Assembly (NCBI GenBank): GCA_964344235.1
Contig: CAYFMJ010000003.1
Coordinates: 31,508-95,507 of the forward strand
Origin: an uncultured Methanosarcinales archaeon
Lineage (GTDB): Archaea > Nanobdellota > Nanobdellia > Woesearchaeales > GW2011-AR9
DNA length: 64,000 nucleotides
Reading direction: 5' to 3'
The position numbers and the translations under genes are program-made. Below, in pieces: positions 30,529 through 40,758 of the stretch. How positions within the stretch are numbered: the first letter of the stretch is position 1; the number at the start of each line of letters is the position of its first letter. Under the pieces are notes generated by a model that was not told the origin of the DNA, searched no databases, and worked only from the letters and a program-made list of their open reading frames with translations.

Positions 30529-30936
30529 ATGAAGGAAGATGAAAAAATAAAACAAGATTTCAACCAGAGAGTTCCAATCAATTTAGTTGACGAGCTTCTA
30601 ATACTACCAGGAGACATGAAGTCTAAAGAGAATAAGATTCAAGCTATAAAATTCAAAATAGCAGACCTTAAGAAAAAAGTTGAGAAGTGGGAGTTAAATG
30701 AACTAGAGAAAATTTATCTTCAGGTTGGCAGTGATGGAAAAAGAGTTTATTCTAATGAGAAGCTAAGGGAAGCAGAACTAGAGCGAAGAAAAGATGCTTC
30801 TCCTGAGATTAAGAAATTATACGCAGAATTGTATGAGAATGAAATCAAGCTAGAATCTGAATTAATCGAATTTCGATATATGGATCGCAGATATAGTGCA
30901 CTTAGAAACATTGCTAACATATTTTGTACTAGATAA
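30529..30936 (+). CDS. Coiled-coil element protein
   Basis: Charged helical ORF, GGAGG RBS. Confidence 0.7.
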   Translation: MKEDEKIKQDFNQRVPINLVDELLILPGDMKSKENKIQAIKFKIADLKKKVEKWELNELEKIYLQVGSDGKRVYSNEKLREAELERRKDASPEIKKLYAELYENEIKLESELIEFRYMDRRYSALRNIANIFCTR

Positions 30937-30938
30937 AA

Positions 30939-32294
30939 ATGGAAAACGAATCAATCAAAAGCATGAGGATAGAGAAGTTGAGCATAAGTTCTATTACTCC
31001 GGCCAATTATAATCCTAGAAAGATAAGTCCAGATGAACTTAACAAGTTAAGGAATAGCATACAGAAGTTTGGTTATGTTGAACCTATAATCTACAATAAG
31101 AGAACAGGGAAAATAGTTGGGGGACATCAAAGATTCAAGATACTTAAAGAAATTCTTGCTCCTGAAGAGCTCGTAGATGTTGTTATTGTTGATTTGGATG
31201 AGAATGAAGAAAAAACCCTTAACGTTGCGCTGAATAGAATTGGTGGAGAGTGGGATGACAATAAGTTATCAGAATTACTAAAGAATATTCACGATAATGA
31301 AGAAGACCTGCTAGAATTTACTGGGTTTAATGATAAAGAAATTGAACTCCTTTTGAATCAATTAGAATACGAAGACATATCCAAGGAAGAGAGATTTTTT
31401 TCCATCAATAGGGAAGACATCAAAGAATCAAAAATAAAGACAGGGGACATAGTTGTTCTAAATGATAAGCACAAAATAATTTGCGGCGATTCTTCTGATT
31501 CTTCAATATTCAAAAAATTATTTGTTAATAGAAAATTTGATTTAATGGTGACTAGTCCGCCATATAATGTAAACATTGCTTATGGTAAATATAAAGATAA
31601 CAAGAAATGGAATGAATACATTGACTTGATAAAAAAGATTTTTGATAATTCTAAACAATTCTTGAACGATTACAGATTTTTATGCATCAATATTGGTGAT
31701 ATGACGAAGAACAATTTATCTGCTCATTATAGCATAATATTGGAGAATCTTGATTACAAATACTGTAAAACAATCTATTGGGTCAAACCTTCTGCCTCAG
31801 CAAGAGGAACAAATGTATTGAAAACTCCCTATCCGCGATGGTATAGGCCAAAGGTCAACACGGAAACAATCTTGGTTTATGAATTTGGAGAAAAAGAACC
31901 AGAGATAGCTAATGTGATGTTGACATACTCAAAAGGAGAACTAACTTCTAAAACTAAGCCGGACAAAGGAGAAGCACAGGTAATTAGCAAGAGGTTGCTG
32001 AAACAATTTTTGACTAATGTTTGGTACATGCAACCTGAGACTACGCTCAGCAGAGATCATCCCGCACCTTATCCTGTTCAGTTACCTCTTAATTGTCTTA
32101 AGTTTTTCAGTTTGGAGAACGAAAGGGTATTTGATCCTTTTACTGGAAGCGGAACTAGTTTGCTAGCAGCCGATCTTCTTGGACGGGAATTTTACGGTAT
32201 AGAGTTAGATCCAAAATATGTTCAGTTGGTGATTGAGCGATATAAGAGGTATAAACCTGAATCAAAGATTGAGATAATAAAAAATGAAAATTGA
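30939..32294 (+). CDS. ParB-like N-domain + beta-class DNA amino-methyltransferase (SPPY, possibly m4C)
   Basis: YNPRKIS..SIQKFGYVEPII..IVGGHQR; TSPPY; HPAPYP; DPFTGSGTS. Confidence 0.9.
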   Translation: MENESIKSMRIEKLSISSITPANYNPRKISPDELNKLRNSIQKFGYVEPIIYNKRTGKIVGGHQRFKILKEILAPEELVDVVIVDLDENEEKTLNVALNRIGGEWDDNKLSELLKNIHDNEEDLLEFTGFNDKEIELLLNQLEYEDISKEERFFSINREDIKESKIKTGDIVVLNDKHKIICGDSSDSSIFKKLFVNRKFDLMVTSPPYNVNIAYGKYKDNKKWNEYIDLIKKIFDNSKQFLNDYRFLCINIGDMTKNNLSAHYSIILENLDYKYCKTIYWVKPSASARGTNVLKTPYPRWYRPKVNTETILVYEFGEKEPEIANVMLTYSKGELTSKTKPDKGEAQVISKRLLKQFLTNVWYMQPETTLSRDHPAPYPVQLPLNCLKFFSLENERVFDPFTGSGTSLLAADLLGREFYGIELDPKYVQLVIERYKRYKPESKIEIIKNEN

Positions 32295-33027
32295 AGAAGG
32301 AGATTTAGTTTATTTGGATAAGCACAGGCTTTTATGTGGAAATAGTTTGAAGTATTCAGTATTAAAAAAGTTACTTGGTGACAAAAAAGTTTCTATGTTG
32401 TTTACGGATCCACCTTATAATATAAGTTATGTTCCGGAAGATAGACCAATTGGGGGCCGGAGAAGGTCAAAAAATAAACTTGGCGGGATTATTGGTGATA
32501 CTAACTTTGATTTTAATAAATTTTTCAAGATTCTTGAGATTGGTTTTATAAAAGGAGCCATCTACGTTTGTGGGAGCACAAAGAACTACTGCGATGTTTA
32601 CAAATGGATGACTAATTTCTTTGACAGAGAACCGATTGTAATTGTTTGGAACAAGAATAACTACAGCATTGGAAGAAGAGATTATCATAGACAACACGAA
32701 TTTCTATTTTACTCTTGGTTTAAAGAAAAGGTTTGGAATGGTGACAAGGAAAGAAATCAGTCTGATGTTTGGAATGTTAAAAGAGTTCCATCAACAAAAT
32801 ACATTCATCCTACTCAGAAACCAGTTATCTTAGTTAAGAAAGCTATTTTGAACAGCAGCAACAAAGGGGAGATTGTTCTAGATTTATTTGGCGGTAGCGG
32901 AAGCACTTTGATAGCAGCTGAATCGTCTGGAAGGATATGTTATACTGTCGAATTGGATCCTCATTATTGCGAGAAGATGGTAGAGCGATGGGAAGCATTT
33001 ACTGGAAAAAAAGCGGTTAAGGTCTGA
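32284..33027 (+). CDS. Beta-class DNA methyltransferase (DPPY, likely m6A)
   Basis: FTDPPYN, HPTQKPV, LDLFGGSGST. Confidence 0.92.
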   Translation: MKIEEGDLVYLDKHRLLCGNSLKYSVLKKLLGDKKVSMLFTDPPYNISYVPEDRPIGGRRRSKNKLGGIIGDTNFDFNKFFKILEIGFIKGAIYVCGSTKNYCDVYKWMTNFFDREPIVIVWNKNNYSIGRRDYHRQHEFLFYSWFKEKVWNGDKERNQSDVWNVKRVPSTKYIHPTQKPVILVKKAILNSSNKGEIVLDLFGGSGSTLIAAESSGRICYTVELDPHYCEKMVERWEAFTGKKAVKV

Positions 33028-33029
33028 AA

Positions 33030-33362
33030 ATGATTGAATCTTATTTGAGAAAGCAAGAGAAGTGGGAGGAAACATCCACTGTTGAAGGGATGGATGCTTT
33101 AGAAGGAGAAACTATCACAAAAATTATTCCCTTAGATAAAGACAAGTATATGATTTTAATGAAAAGTGGGGCTAGTTGCGTTGTTCACACAGCTGGATCA
33201 TTTACGATTTATACAAAAGAAAAGACAACTAAGATACTGCAAGAAGTAACTGCCAAAAGTAAGAATTTCAGCATAATTCATTCAAGGGCTAAACTAGCTT
33301 TAGATCAGTTGGCACAAGAAAACCAACAGAAGAACGAACAGAATAAAACGGGGGCTGAATAA
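33030..33362 (+). CDS. Element hypothetical protein
   Basis: Co-oriented ORF packed 2-3 nt from its neighbours. Confidence 0.65.
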   Translation: MIESYLRKQEKWEETSTVEGMDALEGETITKIIPLDKDKYMILMKSGASCVVHTAGSFTIYTKEKTTKILQEVTAKSKNFSIIHSRAKLALDQLAQENQQKNEQNKTGAE

Positions 33363-33365
33363 AAG

Positions 33366-36338
33366 ATGGGTGTTTTTAGAGGAGTTAAATATGAGCTTTC
33401 GGATGAGGACAGAGTACTTGGCGGAAAGAGTAGAAGCCCAGCAAAAATAGCAGCTGCTAAAGTCAATGCTTTAAAGCATGGAAAATCATCTAAGGACCCC
33501 ACAATAAAAGAAGCAATTACTCCTACATCTAAAGAGAAAGCACTAGGAATTACGACTTCTGATAAAATCAAGCAGCTTAAGAGATTAAACCCTTTATTTG
33601 CAAGTGAAAATAGATTCAATTATTTATATGGGGTTCAGGAGTTCTTAGGGGAATTACTAGTTTCTGCATTGAGAAAGAAAAAGGAAGGTAAGTCAACAGA
33701 TTATGAATATAGGCAACTTACTAGATTGAGTTTAGAGTTGTTTGATAGATTCTATGGCAAGCCAGATACTATTGTGAATGTACAGCAAAATTTGGAAGTT
33801 ACGGAAAGTGTTTTACTTACTCCTACGGCTGCACCTGTAGCAGCAAAAGGATTAATCTACTTTGACAGCACAGCCAATAAGATCAAAGTTTCGGAAGATG
33901 GAGCTACGTTTGTAGATCTTGGTGGAGATGTTACAGAAGTAATTGCTGGTTCTGGATTGACGGGCGGAGGAACTGGTGGAAGTATTACTCTTGATATAGG
34001 TTCAAGTACTGGGATAATAGTTAATGCTAATGATATTGCCGTTGATGTTGGTACAGGACCAAACCAAATTGTCCAGTTAGATGGGACTTCCAAACTTCCC
34101 GCAGTGGATGGAAGTCAATTAACAAACTTACCTTCAACGCCAGGGGAAACAACAACTGGCGTTAATAGAGAACTTAAGCAACAAATTGAGGTAGTAGAAT
34201 TATTAGAGGTTAGTAGTTTAACATCTTTAGTTGGTGTTAGTGAAGATATAATTGTTGAAACATTCTCTGACGCTGATGGATTTAACAATTTAGTTAATGT
34301 TAGTAATACGGATGCTACTCATGATTTGCCTAGCAAAAGATACAAAGCAGAATTTGTTGCTGGCGGTGGTGGTTTAATCATTGATGATTTTGACAGAGCC
34401 GATAGTGCTACCGTAGGAAACGGCTGGACTGAAGTTGAAACAACAGGAAGTACATGGTCAATAGTAAGTAACAGAGTTAAATGTGATTATGAAGGAAGCA
34501 GTGATCCAAATATTCATAAAAATATTGGAAATCAGCCAGCATTTGATATCAAGGTTAAGTGGGAATCTACAAATGTTAATATAACAAGGCCCTCTTTAGC
34601 GGTAAATGGTGATGGAATCGCACCACAAAATGGTTTATCGATGAGGGCTACTTCTAGTAGTGGTTTTGGAATTACAAGAAATGGAAGTGTACTTGCTTCT
34701 ACATCTTTCACTTTCTTAGACAACACTGAGTATTTCTATAGACTACAGTGGAACGGCTCTACTTTGAAAGGAAAAGTATGGAAAGCAACAGATGCAGAAC
34801 CTGGAAGTTTTCAACTAAGTACAAGCACCACTACGGTTACGGACAATGAAGTTACTTTATCCTGTATAGCAAATGCAAGTGGTTCTGAGGATGTGTTCTT
34901 TGAAGATTTACAATTCGTAGGAGAAACAATAGAAACGATTGATGATTTTAATAGAGCAAACTCTGCTACTGTCGGCAATGGATGGACAGAGGATGAAGGT
35001 TTTGGGACATGGCAAATTCTTTCAAATAAAGTAAGAGGAGAAAGGACATCGGATGGGAAAGTGACTATGTTTAAAACACTGGGTAATAAAAGTAGTATGA
35101 TTCTTAAATCAAAGGTTAATCGTACAACGACAGTCGCTACTCTCAATTTCAGAATGGGATTTAATTCTACTTCCGGAGATGTTAATGCAAGTGGATTAAC
35201 TCTCCTTGTTGAAGATAGTGGGTCTATTTTAAGTCTATTAAGAGAAGGTGTAAGTTTAGCTAGTACCACTTTCACAGTTGATGAGAGTACAGATTATTTT
35301 ATGCAATTATCTTGGGACGGTTCAACGTTCAAAGGAAAAATCTGGAAAACTTCTGAAAGCGAGCCATCTGGTTACCAACTCTCCGCAAGTACTACAAATT
35401 CAACTGGAGATAAAATTGGATTCACTATCAGTGGTGGTGGACCTGCAACTGGAACAATTGATTGGGATGATGTGGAGATTCCTGCCAATACTGGACTTGC
35501 CGCAACCATAGATGACTTTAACAGGGCCAATTCAACAACAATTGGAAATGGATGGACAGAAGATGTGGGAAACTGGGAAATTTCTGGTAATGAACTAAAG
35601 GGGCCAGTTGATAACAGCAATCCGCGAATTACTAAAGACATAGGAAATAGAGGGACATTTAACGTAAAAGCAAAGATTAGAAGAGAAGATACTAGTTTTA
35701 GATTTAGCATGGAGATCAACAATACAACTCCTAATTTATCTACTGGAATGAAAATTGCATATGATGATAGTACTTTTAGCATTGGTAGAGCCGCTACAGG
35801 ACTTGCATCTACACCTCTTTCTTTTCCAGCAAACACAGACCATTTTATGAGATTGCAGTTTGATGGAACTGATTTGAAAGGAACCCTCTGGGACGCTTCC
35901 GGAGCTGAACCAAGTCCTCAACTTTCTGCAACTACTACAAACACATCTGGGACAGGTATCTTACTTCGTAATGATAAAGCTGGAGGAGGCATTGGTCTAT
36001 CACAGTTTTGGGATGAAATAATCGATGAGAGTATTACTGGCACTGGACCGGGGATAACAGAAAGAAAAGTAGAATTAGATTTACCAACTATAAGCGGAAC
36101 AGTCACTGATACTCAACTTGCTTCCCGATTTAATTTGGAAACTGGAAATGAAATTAAGTATGAATTGGAAGATGCAAGTGCTAACAAAGATACCGACTTA
36201 GCATTTGATACCAAGAATACTCTCACAAATCTTGTATCAAACCCAACAAAGTTAAGGATATTGTTAAAACGAGGAACAGGTGGTTCAGTTGACGAACCAA
36301 ATGTTAAATCAATAGCAATGAGATTATTCAAATCATAA
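33366..36338 (+). CDS. Chimera: terminase-small-subunit-like N-terminus (~145 aa) fused to a tail-fibre/receptor-binding-like protein
   Basis: Basic NALKHG..DRFYGKP head; then GLIYFDST..KVSEDG, GSGLTGGG, NQIVQLDGTSKLPAVDGSQLTNL and three beta-rich repeats. Confidence 0.7.
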   Translation: MGVFRGVKYELSDEDRVLGGKSRSPAKIAAAKVNALKHGKSSKDPTIKEAITPTSKEKALGITTSDKIKQLKRLNPLFASENRFNYLYGVQEFLGELLVSALRKKKEGKSTDYEYRQLTRLSLELFDRFYGKPDTIVNVQQNLEVTESVLLTPTAAPVAAKGLIYFDSTANKIKVSEDGATFVDLGGDVTEVIAGSGLTGGGTGGSITLDIGSSTGIIVNANDIAVDVGTGPNQIVQLDGTSKLPAVDGSQLTNLPSTPGETTTGVNRELKQQIEVVELLEVSSLTSLVGVSEDIIVETFSDADGFNNLVNVSNTDATHDLPSKRYKAEFVAGGGGLIIDDFDRADSATVGNGWTEVETTGSTWSIVSNRVKCDYEGSSDPNIHKNIGNQPAFDIKVKWESTNVNITRPSLAVNGDGIAPQNGLSMRATSSSGFGITRNGSVLASTSFTFLDNTEYFYRLQWNGSTLKGKVWKATDAEPGSFQLSTSTTTVTDNEVTLSCIANASGSEDVFFEDLQFVGETIETIDDFNRANSATVGNGWTEDEGFGTWQILSNKVRGERTSDGKVTMFKTLGNKSSMILKSKVNRTTTVATLNFRMGFNSTSGDVNASGLTLLVEDSGSILSLLREGVSLASTTFTVDESTDYFMQLSWDGSTFKGKIWKTSESEPSGYQLSASTTNSTGDKIGFTISGGGPATGTIDWDDVEIPANTGLAATIDDFNRANSTTIGNGWTEDVGNWEISGNELKGPVDNSNPRITKDIGNRGTFNVKAKIRREDTSFRFSMEINNTTPNLSTGMKIAYDDSTFSIGRAATGLASTPLSFPANTDHFMRLQFDGTDLKGTLWDASGAEPSPQLSATTTNTSGTGILLRNDKAGGGIGLSQFWDEIIDESITGTGPGITERKVELDLPTISGTVTDTQLASRFNLETGNEIKYELEDASANKDTDLAFDTKNTLTNLVSNPTKLRILLKRGTGGSVDEPNVKSIAMRLFKS
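34377..36030 (+). repeat. Three ~186-190-aa tandem domains starting IDDF(D/N)RA(D/N)S.T(V/I)GNGWTE
   Basis: Unit starts at ~34377, ~34935, ~35505; shared L.W/F.G..LKGK.W....EP...QLS.ST ends; synonymous sites diverged. Confidence 0.9.
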
Positions 36339-36353
36339 TGGAGGTAGATAATA

Positions 36354-36632
36354 ATGGCAGATAGATGGTTTAGAGTACCACAAATTGGAGCTGGAACGAC
36401 AGCTGATCCATTTAGACCTGAAACAAATGGATTGAATCAATGGGCTAGTGCTGGACAATACGGAGACAACGACTTTCTCGTACGAGTTTATGGGACCACG
36501 GCAGAACTTGACGCTTTAGCACTAGTGACTGGAGTAACTGAAGTGACAGCAACATTTGATACTGAATACAATACTCTATGGACTACAAGTTTAGGCAAAC
36601 CCGACATTGAGGCAAAAGTTTTTGCTGCTTAA
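36354..36632 (+). CDS. Small virion-associated-like hypothetical protein
   Basis: GGAGGT RBS; P..GAGT..DPFRP motif; directly follows the fibre gene. Confidence 0.65.
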   Translation: MADRWFRVPQIGAGTTADPFRPETNGLNQWASAGQYGDNDFLVRVYGTTAELDALALVTGVTEVTATFDTEYNTLWTTSLGKPDIEAKVFAA

Positions 36633-36634
36633 GA

Positions 36635-36784
36635 ATGGATCTGTTCAAATGGTTACAAGAAATAAAGCGGAACACATACTTTCATTTGAAAGAACTAATC
36701 GAGAAACTCCACAAAAAATACTTCCAAGAAGTATGGATTGAAGTTGGACACAATGGTAACAGATACTGGAAAAATAAACGGTAA
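36635..36784 (+). CDS. 49-aa hypothetical, not in the ORF track
   Basis: ATG 2 nt after the previous stop. Confidence 0.4.
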   Translation: MDLFKWLQEIKRNTYFHLKELIEKLHKKYFQEVWIEVGHNGNRYWKNKR

Positions 36785-37037
36785 TGTCATCAGAATGGCT
36801 GAATTTAAAGGAGAAGTTCTTGCTACTTTGAGGTATCTTAAGGAACAGCAACGCGAACATAGAGATGAAGTAAAAACAGGATTTAAAGAACAAAGCGAGG
36901 ATATTAAGAAAATTTCACGAAACTTGGAAAAGCATCTTAAAAAGTCAGCTATTCAGAAATGGGTAACTGGTTCAATAGTAGTATGGTTAAGTGCCCTTAC
37001 TGGTGTTCTTGTTAAAATATTTGTACTTGGAGGTTGA
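36738..37037 (+). CDS. Coiled-coil protein with C-terminal TM helix (lysis-cassette-like)
   Basis: AEFKGEV.. heptads plus one C-terminal hydrophobic helix; true start may be downstream. Confidence 0.6.
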   Translation: MKLDTMVTDTGKINGNVIRMAEFKGEVLATLRYLKEQQREHRDEVKTGFKEQSEDIKKISRNLEKHLKKSAIQKWVTGSIVVWLSALTGVLVKIFVLGG

Positions 37038-37039
37038 AA

Positions 37040-37207
37040 ATGAAAAAAGACTGGTGGAAATCACGGATGATTTGGATTAATGTTCTAGTTACAGTTAGTG
37101 GTATTGCAACTGCTCTTGCAGATCATTTGACAGCAGGAGGAGCATTGACGGGAATAGGAGTTGTTAATATTGTATTAAGAGTCCTTACAAAACAACCAGT
37201 GAAGTAA
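37040..37207 (+). CDS. Holin-like two-TM microprotein, 55 aa, not in the ORF track
   Basis: MKKDWWKSRMIWINV...VVNIVLRVLTKQPV; GGAGGT RBS. Confidence 0.7.
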   Translation: MKKDWWKSRMIWINVLVTVSGIATALADHLTAGGALTGIGVVNIVLRVLTKQPVK

Positions 37208-37314
37208 TTATTTTTATAAATCTCTTTTCACACAGAAGCCTATACCACCTCTTTTTCCCTATTTGGAGTCGAATCCCTACTCCATCAATCTGGCGAGGGA
37301 AAGTAGCGCCAGAT

Positions 37315-37770
37315 TTAGGGTTTTTTTAATCGTTCTCCCACATCCTTCCTTAACGTAGAAACATACAATTTCAATTGCACTTCAACTTCTCGCCATTCTT
37401 TATCTGTGATTGACTTTCCTTCATAATGTGTTCTGTTTCTCATAAAACGGACTTTCTCAAAGAAATTCCAATCTAATTCTAGTTCAGGAAACTTAACACA
37501 GATATATGCAAAACATCCCTGATGGTTACTACATTTGACTTTTTGCAGGCGAAGCAGAATGTCACACAATTCCCTTAGTGAATCATAATAAAGAAGAAAA
37601 ATTACACGCCAGTTAATGACTTTCTTAGTAATAAGGGTTTCTGCAAACTGTACATTATCAGCAGCAATATCGTACATTCTTTGAAGAGCAAGTTCATCTA
37701 TATCTTTTTCTCTATACTCTCCTGCTACTGTTACTTTATCATAAATTTCTTCAGCTGTCTTTTCAGGCAT
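37315..37770 (-). CDS. HEPN-like domain protein (toxin of an MNT-HEPN pair)
   Basis: LYYDSLRE, NHQG, RFMRNRTHYEG; overlaps the MNT gene. Confidence 0.75.
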   Translation of the reverse strand: MPEKTAEEIYDKVTVAGEYREKDIDELALQRMYDIAADNVQFAETLITKKVINWRVIFLLYYDSLRELCDILLRLQKVKCSNHQGCFAYICVKFPELELDWNFFEKVRFMRNRTHYEGKSITDKEWREVEVQLKLYVSTLRKDVGERLKKP

Positions 37771-38305
37771 GAATGCTCACCGTAAATGGTTCTATTTTTC
37801 CTTTAACATGTATTCCTGCAAGGATATTAGGTATAACATTCTCAATCCTTTTTAATTTTTGCGGGTCTTCGTATTCAAAAAGTTGAATTTCCCTCTTAAA
37901 AATGCGTTCAAACTTTCCTTGTTCAAATTCATCAGCATTACCATAGATAAATAGATCAATATCACTCTCATAATCCCAATCAGCTCTAGCAAAACTGCCA
38001 AAAATAATGACTGTTTTGGCCTTGGGTAAGGAACTGAGGTGTTCTAAAAATCCTGTCTTTTCAAATTGCTGGAAAGCATAGAGCCTTTTCTCCATCTTGA
38101 ATTTTACATTTGTGTAGTTAGCAATATAATATGGCATTTTGCCTTTAGGTCTAAATTTTTTTATGAGCTCTTCCTTAGTTAATTTTTTAAGCCATTTATT
38201 GGTGCTAGTTCTACTTAATCCAGACTTCTTTACAAGGTCGTCAAAGTGCCAGTGCTTCGTTGAATAATTGAAGAATAGCTCTTTAATATTCTCTTTTTGT
38301 CTCAT
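37763..38305 (-). CDS. wHTH + minimal nucleotidyltransferase (MntA-like antitoxin)
   Basis: N-terminal HTH; FGSFARADWDYESDIDLF. Confidence 0.88.
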   Translation of the reverse strand: MRQKENIKELFFNYSTKHWHFDDLVKKSGLSRTSTNKWLKKLTKEELIKKFRPKGKMPYYIANYTNVKFKMEKRLYAFQQFEKTGFLEHLSSLPKAKTVIIFGSFARADWDYESDIDLFIYGNADEFEQGKFERIFKREIQLFEYEDPQKLKRIENVIPNILAGIHVKGKIEPFTVSIHA

Positions 38306-38419
38306 ATTTTAGTACATATATGTGTACTACTTTATAAAGTTTTTGTTCCTAAATCGCTGTAGTTGTACCTCAGAATAAGTAACAAGCTTTTTAAATGAGC
38401 TAAATTATAACAAAATAAA

Positions 38420-40483
38420 ATGAAGTTTACAAGGAATTTATCGGAATTGGACAAGGATGATGTCTCATTAGCGGGAGGAAAAGGGGCATCATTAGGAGAA
38501 ATGATTAAAGCAGGTATCCCTGTGCCAGGCGGATTTGTTGTTCTCTCTACGGCATTTGAGGATTTTATCGAAAAAACAGATTTAAACGTAGAAATTGACT
38601 CTATTTTACATTCTGTTGATCTTAAGAAAATGCATACCATTGAAGAGGCATCAGAAAAAATTAATGCTCTTATTCTTAATGCAAAGATTCCAAATGAGAT
38701 AGTGAGAGAAATAAAAGAATTATTCAAAAAAATGGGAGCCTCATTTGTTGCAGTTCGTTCTAGTGCTACTGCTGAAGACAGCTCAACAGCTGCATGGGCT
38801 GGTCAATTAGAGACCTATCTTAATACTACTGAAGAAAATCTTATTGAGAATATTAAAAAGTGTTGGGCTTCACTGTTTACACCAAGAGCAATATTCTATC
38901 GCTTCGAAAAAGACCTGCATAAGCAAAGAATTTCTGTTGCTGTTGTTGTGCAGAAAATGATTCAAAGTGATGTTTCGGGAATAGCATTCTCGGTTCACCC
39001 CGTTACTGAAGACAGGAATCAACTTATTATAGAAGCAGGATATGGCTTAGGTGAAGCAATTGTTTCTGGTTCTATAACTCCTGATAGTTATGTAGCCGAA
39101 AAAGAACCACTGAAGATTCTTGATAAAAACGTGTATGCTCAAGAAAAATCACTTGTCAAATCAGAAGAAGGTGGTACAGAATGGAAAGAAGTTGCTCAGG
39201 CAGATGTTGAAAAGCAAAAATTAACAGATAATCAGGTACTTGAGCTTACAAAAATCATAATCAACATTGAGGATCATTATGGATTTCCTGTTGATGTTGA
39301 ATGGGCTTTAGAAAATGGAAAATTCTACCTAACGCAATCTAGACCAATTACCACACTTTCAGCGGATACAGGATCTAAGGAAAAATTTTCAGGAGTTCCC
39401 GATATTGCAAACGATGATCTTCAGTATCTTCTTGAGCGAAATGAACTTTACTTTGTATCTTCTATTTTAGCAGGCGGGTTTTGTGGTGAAGAAAATGTAA
39501 AGAAAATATTTGACATTTCTCCTCCAGCGGGAATAGTTCAACGCAATGATGACTTTTTCTTAATTAAATCAACATTGATACCATTTACAAAAAAACTGAA
39601 AGAGAAAATAAAACAAGAGGGTTATGTAAGAAGAATTATTGAAGAATGTCATCAAGCTGGAGCGCAATTACAGGCAGAACTCAAAGAGATTGGAGAGAGG
39701 GCTGCAAAAGTAAGAACAAAAGAAGAGATAGCAAGGTTATTAGAAGAATTTTTTGAAAAAGCAAAAACCTATTGTTCTTTTTATCCAATTGCCCTTTTTG
39801 AGAAACCAATGACTGAATTTGCAGAAAAAATTGCTAAGAAATACACTAAGGATGACAATGAGATGCAAGAGATTTTTAACTTAATAACAACTCCAAGTCA
39901 TACTACAGAAGCTGATAAAGAAAGAGATGATTTTCTAAAGTTATGTGCTCTTGCAGACAAAGGTGAAGATATAAGTCACTTGGCAGAAGAACATGCAAGA
40001 AAATATGGTTGGATAGCAATTAGATATCTCAGAGGAAATTTATGGAAGAAAGAAGATATCCTAAAAAGAGTTGCAGAAGCTGACCTTACCCTTGCAGAAC
40101 AAGAACTCAAATCAAGGAAAAAACATAGAAAAGGAGTAGAAGAAAAGTTGCAAGAATTCATTAAAAAAGTGTCAAATGAAGATAAAGAAAGAATTCAACA
40201 AATAAGAGAAATTGTGTACTTACGAACACAACGGGCTGAGTATTTAGACATGTCAACACAGTATATAATTGGATTTCTACATAGGGTTAATGACGAGTTG
40301 GGTTTAGACTATGAGGACATGCTTCAATGTAATCTGCGTGAAATTGTCGATATGCTAACCACTGGTATTAATTTAAAAGAAGAAATTGCAGCTAGGCATA
40401 AGGAGCTGCTTGTTTTTCATAATGCTGGAGGGGTTTGTCTTTCTGGAGAAGATGCTGAGGAGTATATGGAGCTTCTGGATTAA
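38420..40483 (+). pseudogene. PEP synthase / rifampin-phosphotransferase-like ATP-grasp protein lacking the C-terminal phospho-His domain
   Basis: AGGKGASLGE, VAVRSSATAED, VVVQKM, EAGYGLGE.IVSG, DVEWA, QSRPIT; stops with no GG..SHAAI.RE motif. Confidence 0.75.
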
Positions 40484-40676
40484 GACATTTCACTAACCTT
40501 TTCTTTCTTAGTTCTCCAAGTGTTACAGATACTTTTACTAATTGTATCTTAAGAGATTTACTGATTTCTGTAGGCGTTATGGGCTCTTCGTATTCATCCA
40601 AAATATTCAGCACTTTCTTCCTGCGATAACCTCTTCGTAGCCACGCCACCAAACGGTAATCAATAGATAAGTCCAT
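40392..40676 (-). pseudogene. Winged-helix regulator truncated after KCLNPEA
   Basis: R.KVL..L..PITPTEISK..VS.TL.EL...LVKCLNP; the tail reads antisense into the PEP gene. Confidence 0.65.
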
Positions 40677-40758
40677 AGAAAGAACAGGTATCCTATCGGA
40701 TAAAAGACAGGTTTACCGTTAGATATAACTATTTAACAAGGGCAACTTATTTAAAGAA

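Noticed and set aside
34377-36030. Fibre repeats as a diversity-generating retroelement target/template
   Set aside because: No reverse transcriptase in the window, and the repeats differ at all base types rather than only at adenines
38332-38727. 131-aa minus-strand ORF and many similar 60-150-aa antisense ORFs window-wide
   Set aside because: Shadow frames of well-supported genes with Ser/Phe/Ile-biased composition
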